From Heterodontus francisci (Eukaryota), in contig NC_090379.1 in assembly GCF_036365525.1 (NCBI RefSeq), positions 48,912,329 through 48,976,328 of the forward strand: a stretch of 64,000 nucleotides of DNA. Reading direction: 5' to 3'. A program made the translations under genes and the position numbers. Numbering within the stretch: position 1 is the stretch's first letter; each line of letters begins with the position of its first letter. The notes under the pieces were generated by a model, which did not search any database, was not told the origin of the DNA, and worked only from the letters and a program-made list of their open reading frames with translations. This document shows positions 1-12,694 of the stretch, piece by piece.

Positions 1-1518
1 GAAAGGGTGTACTGGGTAAACAGCACAGCACTAGTGAACAGGAAGTAACGGAGGCAGAGGCAAATGTTGCACCCTTGTTCAAAAATGGTTGTAAGGACAA
101 GCCCAGCAACTACAGGTCAGTCAGTTTAACCTCGGTGCTGGGAAAGCTTTTAGAAACGTTAATTCGGGAAAAAATTAATAGTAACTTGGACAAATTTGAA
201 TTAGTTTAGGAAAGCCAGAACAGATTTCTGAAGGGCAAATCGTGTTTACCTAACTTGCTTGAGTTTTTGATGAGGTAACAGAGAGGGTTGATGAGGGTAA
301 TACAGTTGATGTGGTGTATGCGGACTTCCGAAAGACATTTGATAAAATGTCACATAACAGGCTTGTCAGCAAAGATAGAGCCAAGGGAATAAAAGGGACA
401 GCAGCAGCATGGATACAAAATTGGCTGAGTGACAGGAAACAGAGTGTTGTTGTGAACAGTTGTTTGTCGGACTGGAAGGTATATAGGAGGAAGGTACATA
501 GTGGGGTTCCCCAGGGCTTAGTTTTAGGATCCCTGCTTTTCTTGATCTTTATTAATGACCTAGACTTGGGCACAATTGCAAAATTTGCATATGACACAAA
601 ACTTGGAAGTATTGTGAACTGTGAGGGGGATAGTGATAAACTTCAGGAGGACATAGACAGACTGGTGGAATGGGCAAACAAGTGGCAAATGAAATTTAAT
701 GCACAAAAGTGTGAAGTAATTCATTTTGGGAGGAAGAGGTCTGGGGCAGATCAGCCATGATGTTATTGAATGGCGGGGCTGGCTTAAGGGGCCGAATGGC
801 TTACTCCTGCTCCTATTTCTTATGTTCTTATGAGTGACAATATAAATTAAAGGATACAATTTTAAAGGGGGTGCAGGAGCAGAGGGACCATGGGATATAT
901 GTACACAAATCATTGAAGGTTACAAGGCAGGTTGTGAAAGCAGTTAATAAAGCATATGGGATCCTGAGCTTTCTAAATAGGGGCGTGGGGTACAAAGACA
1001 TTCAAGTTGTGATAAACCTGTATAGGTTTAGCCTCAATTGGAGTATTGTGTCCAGTTCTGGGCAACACACTTTAGGAAGGCATGAGAGAGGGTGCAGAAG
1101 AGATTCATGAGAATGGAGAAAAGAAGAGTAAGAGGAAATTTGACTGAGGCATTCAAAATCATGAGCGGCCTGGACAGAGTAGAGAAGGAAAAACGGTTTC
1201 CTTGACGGAAGGATCCAGAGCCAGAGGACATCAACTTAAGCTGATTGGCAAAAGAGGCAAGGGTGACACGAGAAAAAACCTTTTTAAGCAGCAAGTTCAT
1301 AGGATCTGGCATGCAGTGCCTGAAAGTGTGGTGGCAGTAGATTCAATTGAGGCCTTCAAAAGAAAATAGGATAATTATCTGAAGAGAGAAAATTTGCAGG
1401 GCTATGGGGAAAAGGCAGGGAAATGGGACTACATGAGTTGTTCGTGTAGAGAGCCAGCACAGACACACTGGGCCGAATGGCCTCCTTCTGTGCTGTAATC
1501 ATTCTATCGTTCTATGAT
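1..1518 (+). mobile_element. CR1-type LINE, degraded 3' part (RT domain and 3' UTR)
   Basis: ORF 311-760 has CR1 RT motifs (VYADFRKTFDK, SGVPQGLVLG, KFAYDTKL, WANKWQMKFN..KC). It ends in a TTCTATGA-like tail at ~1502-1518. A short foreign LINE 3'-tail fragment sits at ~738-832. Confidence 0.9.
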
Positions 1519-2059
1519 AACTGTGGGCAGTTCCCCTCAGATGATGGAGGATATACACAGTTATGTTCAGCTGGGCGCAGATGCAGGAGTCACAAGCAAG
1601 GCAGCTCTACTTTGACCAGCAGCGTGAGATATGTACCCCCATGTCAGAGTTCCCTGAAGAAGTGCGGGGTCAAGGGCTGGGAATGGAAGAGTCCATTCAG
1701 CTCAGGTGCACTACCATGGCTCAGGGCTTTGAATGCATGAGCTCCTTCATTACAGTGGCGAACCTCATGGAGAGCCATATGTAGCACTCAAATGGACGCA
1801 GGAACAGCGCAATGACATGCTCTGTAGCATTGATTGGTCAGTGGCGCTGATGGCACCACGATGCATGGAGAGCTTTGTTGAGAGCTTTGACTCTTGAGCA
1901 GGCCTCGGCCACCTTCCTGCTCAGCATCGGCACCTCTCTGCTCTGCACCTTCCTTCTCTTCCTCCTCCGATGAGCTGTGGTTCGATCCAGCAACTTGCTC
2001 CCTTCAAGGTCCATGCCCTTCTGTTATGGAGGTTGCAGCAGACCAACATAATGCTCTGA

Positions 2060-2187
2060 CTCCTCCATTTAAATAAGCCCTAGCACGAAATAATGTGGGG
2101 GTTCGGCGACGGCGCTTCCTTGCCTGAAGTCCGCCGACTTCAAAGCATGCCGCCGCAATGTGCGGCACATTAATAAAATTCAGCCCC
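2060..2187. mobile_element. Terminal fragment of a non-autonomous Harbinger-type element inserted in the transposase
   Basis: Ends in TAAAATTCAGCCC and resembles the end of the element at 52550-52647. It interrupts the transposase just upstream of the CCNLHN motif. Confidence 0.6.
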
Positions 2188-2903
2188 AGCAGTGCACTAC
2201 AGGGCGTCACACCACCTGTCCAGGTACTGGAACCACATCTTCAGAAGCCTGATGTCCTGCTCGATGGTTGTCCTTCAGTTGTAGTGCCTATGTGCCGCCT
2301 TTTTGGTGTCACGTAAAGGAATGAGTAGCCATTACTTCAAGGGATATTTCTTGTCCCCTAGAATCCATCCACAAACATTGGATGGTGGTATGAAGAGCTG
2401 CAGCACCCTGGACTGCCGGAGGACTAGCACGTGTGAGGAAAGCGAGCGCACCCATGCAAGGAGCTTGAATTGGTTGCAGACTAATTGAACATTGAGGGAG
2501 TGGAAGCCCTTCCTGTATATGACTCTCACTGGCTGCTCATTCGGCGCCTTGATGGCCACATCGGTGCAATTGATGATACCCTACACCTGCGGCAATCCAG
2601 CAATGGAGGCAAATCCCACTTTCTTTTGCGCCTGCGAGGCCCCAACTGTTTGAAATCATATGTACTGCCCGGCTCTCGCAAGTAGTGCATCAGTGCAAGA
2701 TGCAACAGTGCGCTGCTGCTTGAGAGATGCCACCAAGGAAGGGGCCAGAGGCAAAAGTTTAAGGCCACTGTGACTTTTATGACTACGGGCAGGGGGTGGC
2801 AAGCAGTACTGCATGGTCTGAGGTTTTCCTCAATGTGGGCACAAATCTCAGTGACCATCTGATGAAAGGTCACCGATCTGAAATGTTAACTCTGTTTCTT
2901 TCT

Positions 2904-3800
2904 TGTCATGCAGACCCCCACCTGCCAAGAATGAGGCATATTAATTTTGTCATATGAACATTGATTTGAAACTGTTGCTGGAGTAAAGAAATGACTTGTT
3001 TGAAGATCACCAGACACTGGACTGGAAGGATATTTGCATACTAAGAGATGCTGCTTGTGGAGACAAAGGACTATTCCCTGCTCCAATTAACCCAAATGGA
3101 TTTTGATCACCAGACATGGAATGTGTAAGGAAGTGCATTCCAGGGACTGCGAAGGTAATACAATCCACTAACCTCGCAGGAGAGACTGTTCCAAATAAGG
3201 AGCTAGTCACATGACTAATCTACTGGCCAACTTGGCTTTTTATTTGTGCCACACAGAAAGGAACAGAAGGCAGTGTGCAACTGAAGCTGGAACAAGGAAG
3301 CCTCCCTCTCTCGCTTTCTCCCAAGTCACCAGACCCACGAAAGACGCATAAACCTCAAGAGAGAAAAGACTTCTACATTGGAACAAGTTGAAGCGTGAAC
3401 TGGGCCCCAACGAATTGTAAGTCTTACCAGCAACCAAAGACTCCCCATTGAACTTCAAGGACTGTAACTACCAGATATTGCCTCAAACTTTTCCCCTTTA
3501 TTCTTTTCTACTTTTTCTATCTCTATCGGTGTGTGTGTTTATCGTGTATGCATGCTAGCGTGGTCGCGTCGCATATTCGTAGTCGTTAACCGGATTAGAG
3601 TTTAAGATTAATAAACTTCTACCTTTCTTGTTTAAATCTAAGGAAACCTGTTTGATTTCTTTGCCTTACACTTGGAGCAGCGAAGAAGGGTTCACTAAAG
3701 GGAGCTAAAAACACAGTGTTTTAAAATTAAACCCTGTTGCTGTTAAACCAGGCAAAGGCTGAGAGGGAACCCCTAGACCCCTTCTCACCTGGTCGTAACA
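2904..3800 (+). repeat. 5' LTR
   Basis: TGTCATG...CGTAACA; direct repeat of 6979-7839; AATAAA at ~3610. Confidence 0.92.
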
Positions 3801-3939
3801 GAAATTTGGGGGCTAGCATCCTGGATTTGACCCACAGACAAATGAGGAAATTGGAAGTGGGGAGTCAAATTGATCCCAAACAAAAAGGGAAAAGATTTCA
3901 ATACAGGTTTTCTTGTGGCTGTGTGTACTCGAATACTAA

Positions 3940-6130
3940 CATGTCTACGACTGAAGCTAGTAGTTCCCCAAGCCAAGGTGAAGTAACTTGGGATAAGTTA
4001 AAAGCACTGTCTATGGAGGAGTCGAGGGAAATGGCTGAGCAGTGTGGGATCACTGTACATGGCAAGGCAAGGAAGTCTAAACTCCTAAGGCTAGTGGCCA
4101 ACCATTTTCCCTTGAATCTGAAGAAGCAGAAACAGGGTTAGAAATAGACTCTGACAGAGTATTGCTAGCAAAGATACAATTGGAACAGAAGAAACTTGAA
4201 TTTAAGGAAAGAGAAAGAGAGAAAGAAAGAGCCTTCCAGAAAGAACGTGAGGAAAGAGAAAGAGAGAGACAGGAGAAACAAAAAGAAAGACAGGAGAAAC
4301 AAAAAGAGAGGAGAGAAAGAAAGAGCCTTCCAGAAGGAACGTGAAGAAAAAGAGGGACAGGAGAGAGAAAGAGAAAGAACCTTTCAGAAAGAATGCGAAG
4401 CAAGAAAGCTGAAGTGGCTCGAGTTAACTAGGGGGCAACAGAGTAACCCTAGTGAAAGCATGGCCAATATGGAGGAGTGTAATTTAGGGCTGAGTACAGA
4501 ATTGTTAAAATTCTCCAACTGATCCTAAAATTCAATGAGGGAGGCGTGGAAGTGTTTTTTGTGTCTTTTGAAAAGCTGGCAAGCCAGTTAAATAGGCCAG
4601 CTGAGGCTTGGACTCTCCTGCTACATAGTAAGCTAACTGGAAAAGCCCATGAGGTTTATTCCATGTTGCCAGATGAGAGTTCATCAGATTATGAACTGAC
4701 AAAAAATGCTATCCTTGGGGCATATGAATTAGTACCTGAAGCCTATTGCCAAAAGTTTAGAACCCTCAAGAAGCAAACTGATCAAACTTACCTGGAGAAA
4801 TAAGCAGTTGGCTTTGACCAGTGCTGAGGGTGCAAGTGCAGGAAAATTTAACAGGATTCCTGAAAGTTATCAGGGTTTTGTGTTTGAAGGGAGAGTAACC
4901 CCATATCCCTCGAGTGGGACAAGCAAGCCCATAGTAATTCTCAGGGTCACAGGGGCCATTAGATCCCTTTTACTGGAAAAAGGCCAGACCTTTCCCCCCA
5001 AGAGAGTGCAGTAAACACCAAAATGGCGGTGAATGGTATTGGAGGGCAGAGAATGCCTGTACCTTTACACCAAGTGCACTTGGAGTGCGACATAGTTTCG
5101 TGACTGGTGACCATAGGGATTGTCCCTAGTTTGCCTATGGAGGGGTTGATCTCCTAGGTAATGATCTGGCAGGGACGAAGGTGGTAGCTTGCCCAGCAGT
5201 GAAAGAGAGACCGCAGGAGGCCAGAGAGACAAGGTAATGGCAGGAAATGGTCCCCTGCAGTTTCCCTGAATGTGTAATGAACGAGGCCATGATCAAACCA
5301 GCTCCCCCAGAGGGGACTGAATTGGCACTGCAGTTAGATGACCATGAGGTCTGTCTGTCTGATACTTTCTTTGGAAAGTTAGAAGACCCAGGGAATGAGT
5401 TAAATGGATTTTCCCTAGCTGAGGCTCAGCGAGCTGACCCAGTATTGAGAGAATTAGCACAGACTACCCAGTCTGAAAGTGAAGCAGAGGGAGTCCCTGA
5501 TTGCTATTATTTAAAGAATGAGGTGCTGATGGGGAAGTGGAGTTCTCCTCACAGACCTGAGAGCAAGGAGTGGACAGTAGTTCACCAGTTAGTGGTGCTG
5601 CAGAGGTACCGGAGAAAAATAGTAAGAATACCCATGAGATTGCAGCAGATGTACATGTTGGTACAGTGGTGTAGTGATTAGTACTGCAGCCTCACAGCTC
5701 CAGTGACCTGGGTTTGATTCTGGGTACTAGCTGTGTGGAGTTTGCAAGTTCTCCCTGTGACCGCATGGATTTCTGCCGGGTGTTCCGGTTTCCTCCCACA
5801 GCCAAAGACCTGCAGGTTGATAGGTAAATTGGCCATTGTAAATTGCCCCTAGTGTAGGTAGGTGGTAGGGGAATTGAGGGGATGTGGTAGGAATATGGGA
5901 TTAATGTAGGATTAGTATAAATGGGTGGTTGATGGTCGGCACAGACTCGATGGGCCGAAGGGCCTGTTTAGTGCTGTATCTCTTAAAAAAAAAAGCCCAC
6001 ATAAGACAGCAGTTTGACTGGCCAAAACTCCACAAAGACGTGGTGGAGTACTGTGCCACATGCGCCAGGTTGAGGGGCATCCCCAACCTACAGTGAAATC
6101 TGCACCCCTAAGTCCTGTATCGGGATTTGG
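3940..6130 (+). pseudogene. Frameshifted gag(SCAN)-protease-integrase(N-terminal) remnant
   Basis: Joined from ORF pieces 3737-4141, 4162-4344 (E/K/R coiled coil), 4546-4803, 4808-5014 and 5247-5681; contains stops and frameshifts. Confidence 0.8.
5660..5993 (+). mobile_element. HE1-type tRNA-derived V-SINE
   Basis: tRNA-like head, central domain GGAGTTTGCAAGTTCTCCC, CR1-derived tail and A-run; inserted in the Gypsy integrase region. Confidence 0.85.
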
Positions 6131-6978
6131 AAGACCCTCCAGCAGAGGGCTGGTGAACTGTAAGGGACACCTGTCGAGAACAAAAGGGGACAGGCAGGCA
6201 CAAGGCTGGCAACAGGTTAGAAAGGAACAGGGAAAAAGGGACCAAGAGGGCGGATTAAAGGAAGTCCGGGAAGAATCCCAGATGAAAACCCCTACTGTCT
6301 GGTCAGCCAACCTTGAAATATTTGAAAAGTTAGACTCCACATCCTCCTATGTAAGTCAAACACTAGATGCAACCCACCAGAGTGGCTAACAGCATTTACA
6401 GGAACCTGCAGAGACAAAGAAAGTCCTCCAGGGGACAGAAACCGTGAGGGTGATGCCTCACCAAGTTGAAGTGCCACAGGGGCATGCAGCAGAATATGGA
6501 CAAATACCAGCAAGGAGGAGTGTCCCTGAGGACAAAGAATCCTCCCCCACAGGCAGGAAAAAAGGCAACCAGCCATCCCCTGAGGTAAAAAGCCCTCGCA
6601 TGACTCATCAAAGCACTGAAAGTGTGTTCAGAGTGGGACTACCCACTGCTGCCGCCCCTGATCAGACCTACAACCAAGGGCTAATTAAACCTAAACTCCC
6701 CCTGCAGACCTCAACAAGAACAAAGACACCATAGGCAGTCATGGAAATGAGCAAACTGGAAAAACTTCCCCAACAACCACATGTTTATTGGGATTCATAA
6801 AAGGGACATTTGAAGCAGCACTGCTACCAAGAAAATACAGGCTGTAACAATTGTTCGGGATCTGACTGAAATGAATGAGAGAGATGCCTGTGTGTTTTCC
6901 TGTCTTGATCTTCTCTCTAGTGCCTTTTAATGAAATACTCTTCTTAATAATCGCATTTCATTCCGCTGGATGTGGAGG

Positions 6979-7839
6979 TGTCATGCAGACCCCCACCTGC
7001 CCAGAATGAGGCATATTAATTTTGTCATATGAACATTGATTTGAAACTGTTGCTGGAGTGAAATGACTTGTTTGAAGATCACCAGACACTGGGCTGGAAA
7101 GACATTTGCATACGAAGAGATACTGCTGGTGGAAACAAAGTACTATTCCCTGCTCCAATTAACCCAAATGGATTTTGATCACCAGACATTGAAGGTGTAA
7201 GGAAGCGCATTCCAGGGACTGCTAAGGTAATACAATCCACAAACTGCCAAATAAGAAGCTAGTCACATGACTAACCTGCTGGGCAACCTGGTTTTTTTTT
7301 TTGGAATTGTGCCACACAGAAAGCAGTGTGCAACTGAAGCTGGAACAAGGAAGCCTCTCTCTCACTTTCTCCCAAGCCACAGACCCACAGAAGACACGTA
7401 AACCTCAAGACAGAAAAGACTCCTAAATCAGAACAAGTTGAAGCGTGAACTGAGCCCCAACGAATTGCAACTTACTGGCGACCAAAGACTCAACACTGAA
7501 CTTCAAGGACTGTAACTACCAGATATTGCCTCAAACTTTTCCCCTTTATTCTTTTCTATCTCTATCTCTCTGTGTGTTTATCGTGTATGCATGCCAGCAT
7601 GGACGCGTCGCATATTCGTAGTTGTTAACTGGATTAGATTTTAAGATTAATAAACTTCTACCTGTCTTGTTTAAATCTAAGAAAACCTGTTTGATTTCTT
7701 TGCCTTACAATTGGAGCAGTGAACAAGGATTCACTAAGGGGGAGCTAAAAATACTGTTAAAAAAATTAAACCCTGTTGTGGTTAAACCAGACAAAGGCTG
7801 AGAGAGAACCCTTAGACCCCTCCTCACCTGGTCATAACA
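6979..7839 (+). repeat. 3' LTR
   Basis: TGTCATG...CATAACA; direct repeat of 2904-3800 with several indels. Confidence 0.92.
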
Positions 7840-8825
7840 CTCTCCACAGATGCTGCCAGACCCAAGTATTTTCAGCACTTTGTTTATATTTCAGTTACCA
7901 TCTGCCTGGATAGGCACACAGTTTCGTGATGCACTGATTCTTTGACATGTTCCAGTAGCAGCTTCTTCAGCAGTACACTCAATGCTGACGGTATGGCATT
8001 CGTTGCTTTCCTGCCCCTCGTTCCTCTGCTCTGCCCTCCTCAAGCCGGTCTCTGCATCTGCTCCTGAGGATGTAGTCCCTCATTACTCCTCAACTCTATC
8101 TCCAAGTATCTTGCAGTCAGCTGTACTTGTACTGCTTACTGAACCCTACGCACATCACCCTCCCCCCCCGCCCAACCCAACCCAAGCCCACCCCACCGAT
8201 GGTCCCGCGATCCCTGGAGGCTCATGACCCCCTCCACTACCCGGGCAAACACAGACCTTGTGCTGTTCATTCTGCTCACTCAATGGCATCTGTGTGCCAA
8301 TGACTAAATACCCCTCTCAATCATGCACCCATTTACTGTACCTAATTGAATGGTACAGCCATAACTCATTCCTTGCTGTGTTGCTGCCGACTTCCACTTG
8401 GACTCTTCCTGATCCATTGTGCAATCTGTGCATTCCCACAAAAAATTCCAAATTGGCCCTCGAGGAGCTGACAAGCTGATTAACAAGATCAATTGGACAA
8501 TTATTTGAACCAGGCAGGTTGCCGGGTTTCACCTGCCCTCTTCCAGAGCAAAATTGCCAGTGGTCAGAATGGCGGCAGCAAACTGGTAAGACAGCCGGTG
8601 GCACAAATTTTCGTGCCTGCCTGCCTCTGTGCTCCTACCCTTGGTGCTTTTTGCCTACAAAACAATGACTACAATGCAAATAAATTTATTGGCTGTATAG
8701 TCCTTTGGGACAGCCAGAGGTGATCAAAGGTACCGGCAAGTTTAATCTTCATTATTCAATGATGTCCAGCTACCAGTGAAATAGTGACCACCGTACGGCA
8801 CTAGTGGTGCAGTATTATCTCTCAT

Positions 8826-10905
8826 TCATACAGAACAGAAGCAGGCCCTTCATGCTCCTATCTATTCCACTCCCATTTTCCAGCACTTGGCCTGTAGCCT
8901 TGTATGCTATGGTGTTTCAAGTGCTCATCTAAACACTTCTTAAATGTTGGGAGGGTACCTGCCTCTACCACCCCTTCAGACAGTGCGTTCCAGATTCCAA
9001 CCACCCTCTGGGTGAAAAATGTTTTCCTCAAATCCCCTCTAAACCTTCTGCCCCTTACCTTAAATCTTTGCCCCTTGGTTATTGACACCTCCACTAAGGG
9101 AAAAAAGTTTCTTCATATCTACCCTATCTATGCCCCTCATAATTTTGTATACCTCAATCAGGTCCCCCCTCAGTCTTCTCTGCTCTAAGGAAAACAACCC
9201 TAGCCTATCCAGTCTCACTTCATAGCTGAAATGCTCCAGCCCAGGCAACATCCTGGTGTATATCTGCTGCACCCTCTCCAGTGCAATCACATCCTTCCTA
9301 GTGTGGTGACCAGAACTGTACACAGTACTCAGGCTGCGGCCTAACTAGCGTTTTATACAACTCCATCATAACCTCCCTGCTCTTAGTTTTAGTTTTAGAG
9401 ATACAGCACTGAAACAGGCCCTTCGGCCCACCAAGTCTGTGCCGACCATCAACCACCCATTTATACTGATCCTACACTAATTCCATATTCCTACCACATC
9501 CCCACCTGTCCCTATATTTCCCTACCACCTACCTATACTCGGGGCAATTTATAATGGCCAATTTACCTATCAACCTGCAAGTCTTTGGCATGTGGGAGGA
9601 AACCGGAGCACCCGGAGGAAACCCACGCAGACACAGGGAGAACTTGCAAACTCCACACAGGCAGTACCCAGAATTGAACCCGGGTCGCTGGAGCTGTGAG
9701 GCTGCGGTGCTAACCACTGCGCCACTGTGCCGTCCATATTCTATACCTCAGCTAATAAAGGTAAGTATTCCATATGCCTTCCTACCTGTGCTGCTGCTTT
9801 CAGCGATCTATGGACAAGTACACCAAGGTCCTTCTGACCTTCTTACTTCCTAGGGTCCCTTGCCTTGTTAGTCCTCCCAAAACACAACCTCACATTTCTC
9901 AGGATTAAATTCCATCTGCCACTGCTCTGCCCATCTTATCAGCCCATCTATATTGTCCTGTAATCGAAGGCTTTCCTCTTCATTATTTACACCACCATCA
10001 ATTTTCACGTCATCTGCAAACTTACTGATCATACTTCCTGTATTCACGTCTAAATCATCAATGTACAATACAAACAAGGGTCTCAGCACTGATCCCTGCG
10101 GTACACCATTGGTCACAGGATTCCAATTGCAAAAACCCTCAAACATCACCCTCTGCCTCCTGCCACTAAGCCAAATTTGGAGCCATAGGCGCTTAACTTC
10201 TTGACCATTCTCCCATGCAGGACCTTATCAAAAGCCTTACTAAAGTCCACGTAGTCTATATCAACTGCTTTACCCTCATCTATACACCTAGTCACCTCCT
10301 CGAAAAATTTAATCAAATTTGTTAGACACGATCTCCCTCAGACAAAGCCATGCTGACTATCCCTGCCTCTCCAAGTGGAGATTAATCCTGTCCCTCAGAA
10401 TTTTCTCTAATAGTTTCCCTACCACTTACGTTAGACTCACTGGCTTGATTTATCCTTAATATCCTTCTTGAATAATGGTACCACATTCGCTATCCACCAG
10501 TCCTGTGGCACCGCTCCTGTGGCCAGAGAGGATTTGAAAATCTGTGTCAGAGCCCCTTCAATCTCCTCCCTAGCCTCACATAGCAGCCTGGGATACATCT
10601 CATCTGGGCCTGGGGATTTATCCACTTTTAAGCCTGCTAAAACTGCTAATACCTCCTCCCTTTCAATGTTAATTTGTTCAAGTATATCACAATCCCCCTC
10701 CCTGATCTCTACACCTACATCGTCCTTCTCCACAGTGAACACAGATGAAAAGTAATCATTCAAAACCTCACCTACGTCCTCCGGCTCCACACACAGATTG
10801 CCACTGGTTATCCTCTTACCCTTAATATACTTATAAAACACCGTGGGATTTTCCTTCATCTTGTCCACCAGTTTTTTCATGACCCCTCTTCACTCTCCTA
10901 ATTAA
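8826..10905 (-). mobile_element. CR1 (HER1-like) LINE, 5'-truncated
   Basis: Minus-strand ORFs with KSPGPDEMYPRLL, GVPQGSVL, KFADD, RRLRGDLIEVYK and FFTQRVVGIWNAL. Confidence 0.9.
9383..9735 (-). mobile_element. HE1-type V-SINE
   Basis: Full-length copy, near-identical to the copies at 23.9 and 51.3 kb; interrupts a CR1. Confidence 0.9.
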
Positions 10906-10924
10906 TATCAAACCAAATATAGTT

Positions 10925-11750
10925 TTTTTTTATTCATTCACTGTATGTGGGCATCACTGGCAAGGGCAGCATTTATTGCCCATTCTTAATTGCCTCAAGG
11001 TGCACCACCTTCTTGAACCACTGCAGTTCATGTGGTGAACATACACCACAGTGCTGTTAGAGATCCAGCGATGTAGAAGGAATAGCATAACATTTTCAAG
11101 TAAGGATAGTGTGTAACTTGGAGGTAGTGGTGTTCTCACATGCATGCTGCCCTTGTCCTTCTAGGTGGTAGAGGTCATCGGTTTGAGAGGTATTGTTGAA
11201 GAAGTCTTGAGAGCTGTAGATGGTACGCACTGCAGCCACAGTGCACTAGTGGTGGAGGGAATAAATGTTGAAGGTAGATGTCAATTAAGTAGGCTGATTT
11301 GTCCTGGTTGATGTCAAGCTTCTTTAATACTGTTGGAGCTGCACCCAGACAAGTGGAGAGAACTCTATCACATTCCTAACTTGTACCATGTAAGTGCTGG
11401 AAAGGCTTTGGGGAGTGAGGTGGTGAGTCAGATGGCATAGAATACCCAGACCCTGATCTGCTCTTGTAGCCACAGTCAAGTTTTTCATCAACAGTCGCCC
11501 CAAGGGTTTTGACAATAGTAATGTCATGGAATGTCAAGGGGAGGTGGTGAGACTCTTTCTTGTTGGAGATCGTCATTGCCTGGCACTGTTGGCCAGGTCT
11601 TGCTAAATGCGGGAATGGACTGCTTCATTATCTGAGGCGGTGTGAATGGTTCTAACACTGCACAATTATCAGTGAACATCCCCAATTCTGACCTTATAAT
11701 GGAGGGAAGATGATTGATGAAGCAGCTGAAGATGGTTGGGCCTAGGAGTG
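10925..11750 (-). mobile_element. Second CR1-group LINE family, 3' fragment
   Basis: LGPTIFSCFINHLPSIIRSE..F.DN and VQVRNVIEFSP peptides; same 3' end (CCCACATCCCATGAATGAAT-like) as the copies at 35-38 kb and 45 kb. Confidence 0.8.
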
Positions 11751-11833
11751 GGCCCAGCCATACAGTATAATACTGCTGGCATCTCAAAAAATCATTAATG
11801 ACTTCTGAGAAGACAGACATATGATACTGTGTA

Positions 11834-12031
11834 ATAAAAGCAAAATACTGCGAATGCTGGAAATCTGAAACAAAAACAAGAAATGCTGGAATCACTCAGC
11901 AGGTCTGGCAGCATCTGAGGAAAGAGAAGCAGAGTTAACGTTTCAGGTCAGTGACCCGAAACGTTAACTCTGCTTCTCTTTCCACAGATGCTGCCAGACC
12001 TGCTGAGTGATTCCAGCATTTCTTGTTTTTG
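11834..12031. mobile_element. Penelope-derived inverted-repeat (fold-back) insertion
   Basis: 80-bp arms at 11871-11950 and 11952-12031 with 2 mismatches; flanked by the 16-bp direct repeat CATATGATACTGTGTA. Confidence 0.85.
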
Positions 12032-12187
12032 CATATGATACTGTGTATTTGGTAGCAGTGTGGTTCAAAAAAAAATCATGCCAAATTACTGACTCAATAT
12101 TCTACAACGTTTTCAAAATGAGAATTTTGTCCTGTAGCTCAATGCATTGGATAGCAAATATTAAGCTGACAAATAGTTATACTATGT

Positions 12188-12203
12188 TTTATTGTATTTT
12201 ATT
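12188..12203 (-). terminator. Candidate BAG5 distal polyadenylation signals (two AATAAA)
   Basis: TTTATT at 12188 and 12198 on plus, at the edge of the repeat-poor AT-rich region downstream of BAG5. Confidence 0.4.
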
Positions 12204-12694
12204 TTCCAAGTTATTCTATTTAATATGTTTCACAAAAACACAATTATATTTCAGTCAAGACAAACAATAAATAACATGCATTTCATAAATCAAAACTTCC
12301 AAGCTAAAAACTCCTTGAAGTTAATATTCAACAGGAAACGCAATAGTAAATACCCTCTTGAGCTTTGACTAAATCATACGATGACGTATACAAAAAGGAA
12401 CAGGAAACAAAGATTTTTTACAAACACCAGAATAAAATAAATGGCAGGACTATACATAAAATAAATCAAAGAATGTGGTCAAACCCTATTGAGTGTGGCA
12501 AATTTTTTCTCAATCAGAACACCAAGATAGTCACCGAATTATACCTATGCGACCCACAACACAAAAACCTGAACACCACTGGCCCACAGTGCCTTTTATA
12601 TTGGCATGTTTAATTCTAGTTTTGTTTATCCATAATTATAAATGATGTTAGTCTCCTCAGAATACAATAACCAAACAGTTTAAATTTTTAAAAA

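Larger units (their letters stand above)
2904..7839 (+). mobile_element. Gypsy (Gmr1-like) LTR retrotransposon, internally deleted and non-autonomous
   Basis: Paired TG..CA LTRs at 2904-3800 and 6979-7839. Degenerate tRNA-Pro-like PBS (TGGGGGCTAGCATCCTGGAT) follows 3800, and a purine tract precedes 6979. TSD is TTCT/CTCT. Contains gag with a SCAN-like segment (ELVPEAYCQKFR), protease (LRVTGA) and the integrase Zn region (FDWPKLHKDVVEYC). No RT is recognisable. Confidence 0.9.
1520..8655 (-). mobile_element. Decayed PIF/Harbinger DNA transposon, split by nested insertions
   Basis: Minus-strand DDE_Tnp_4/HARBI1-like peptides: IKVTVALNF (~2760), [25 protein letters not shown] (2332-2559) and MLVCCNLHN (~2022-2050). 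A probable N-terminal piece lies at ~7895-8100. Outer limits are approximate. Confidence 0.75.

Noticed and set aside
2004-2873. Possible domesticated HARBI1 gene
   Set aside because: Frameshifts, stops and nested insertions indicate a dead transposon.
4196-4400. AG-rich low-complexity repeats
   Set aside because: They encode the coiled coil of the retroelement gag; not a satellite or CRISPR array.
9529-9853. Recurrent ORFs (MVSTAASQLQRPG / MANLPINLQVFG), also at 24.1, 34.2 and 51.5 kb
   Set aside because: Chance translations of HE1 SINE copies, not a gene family.
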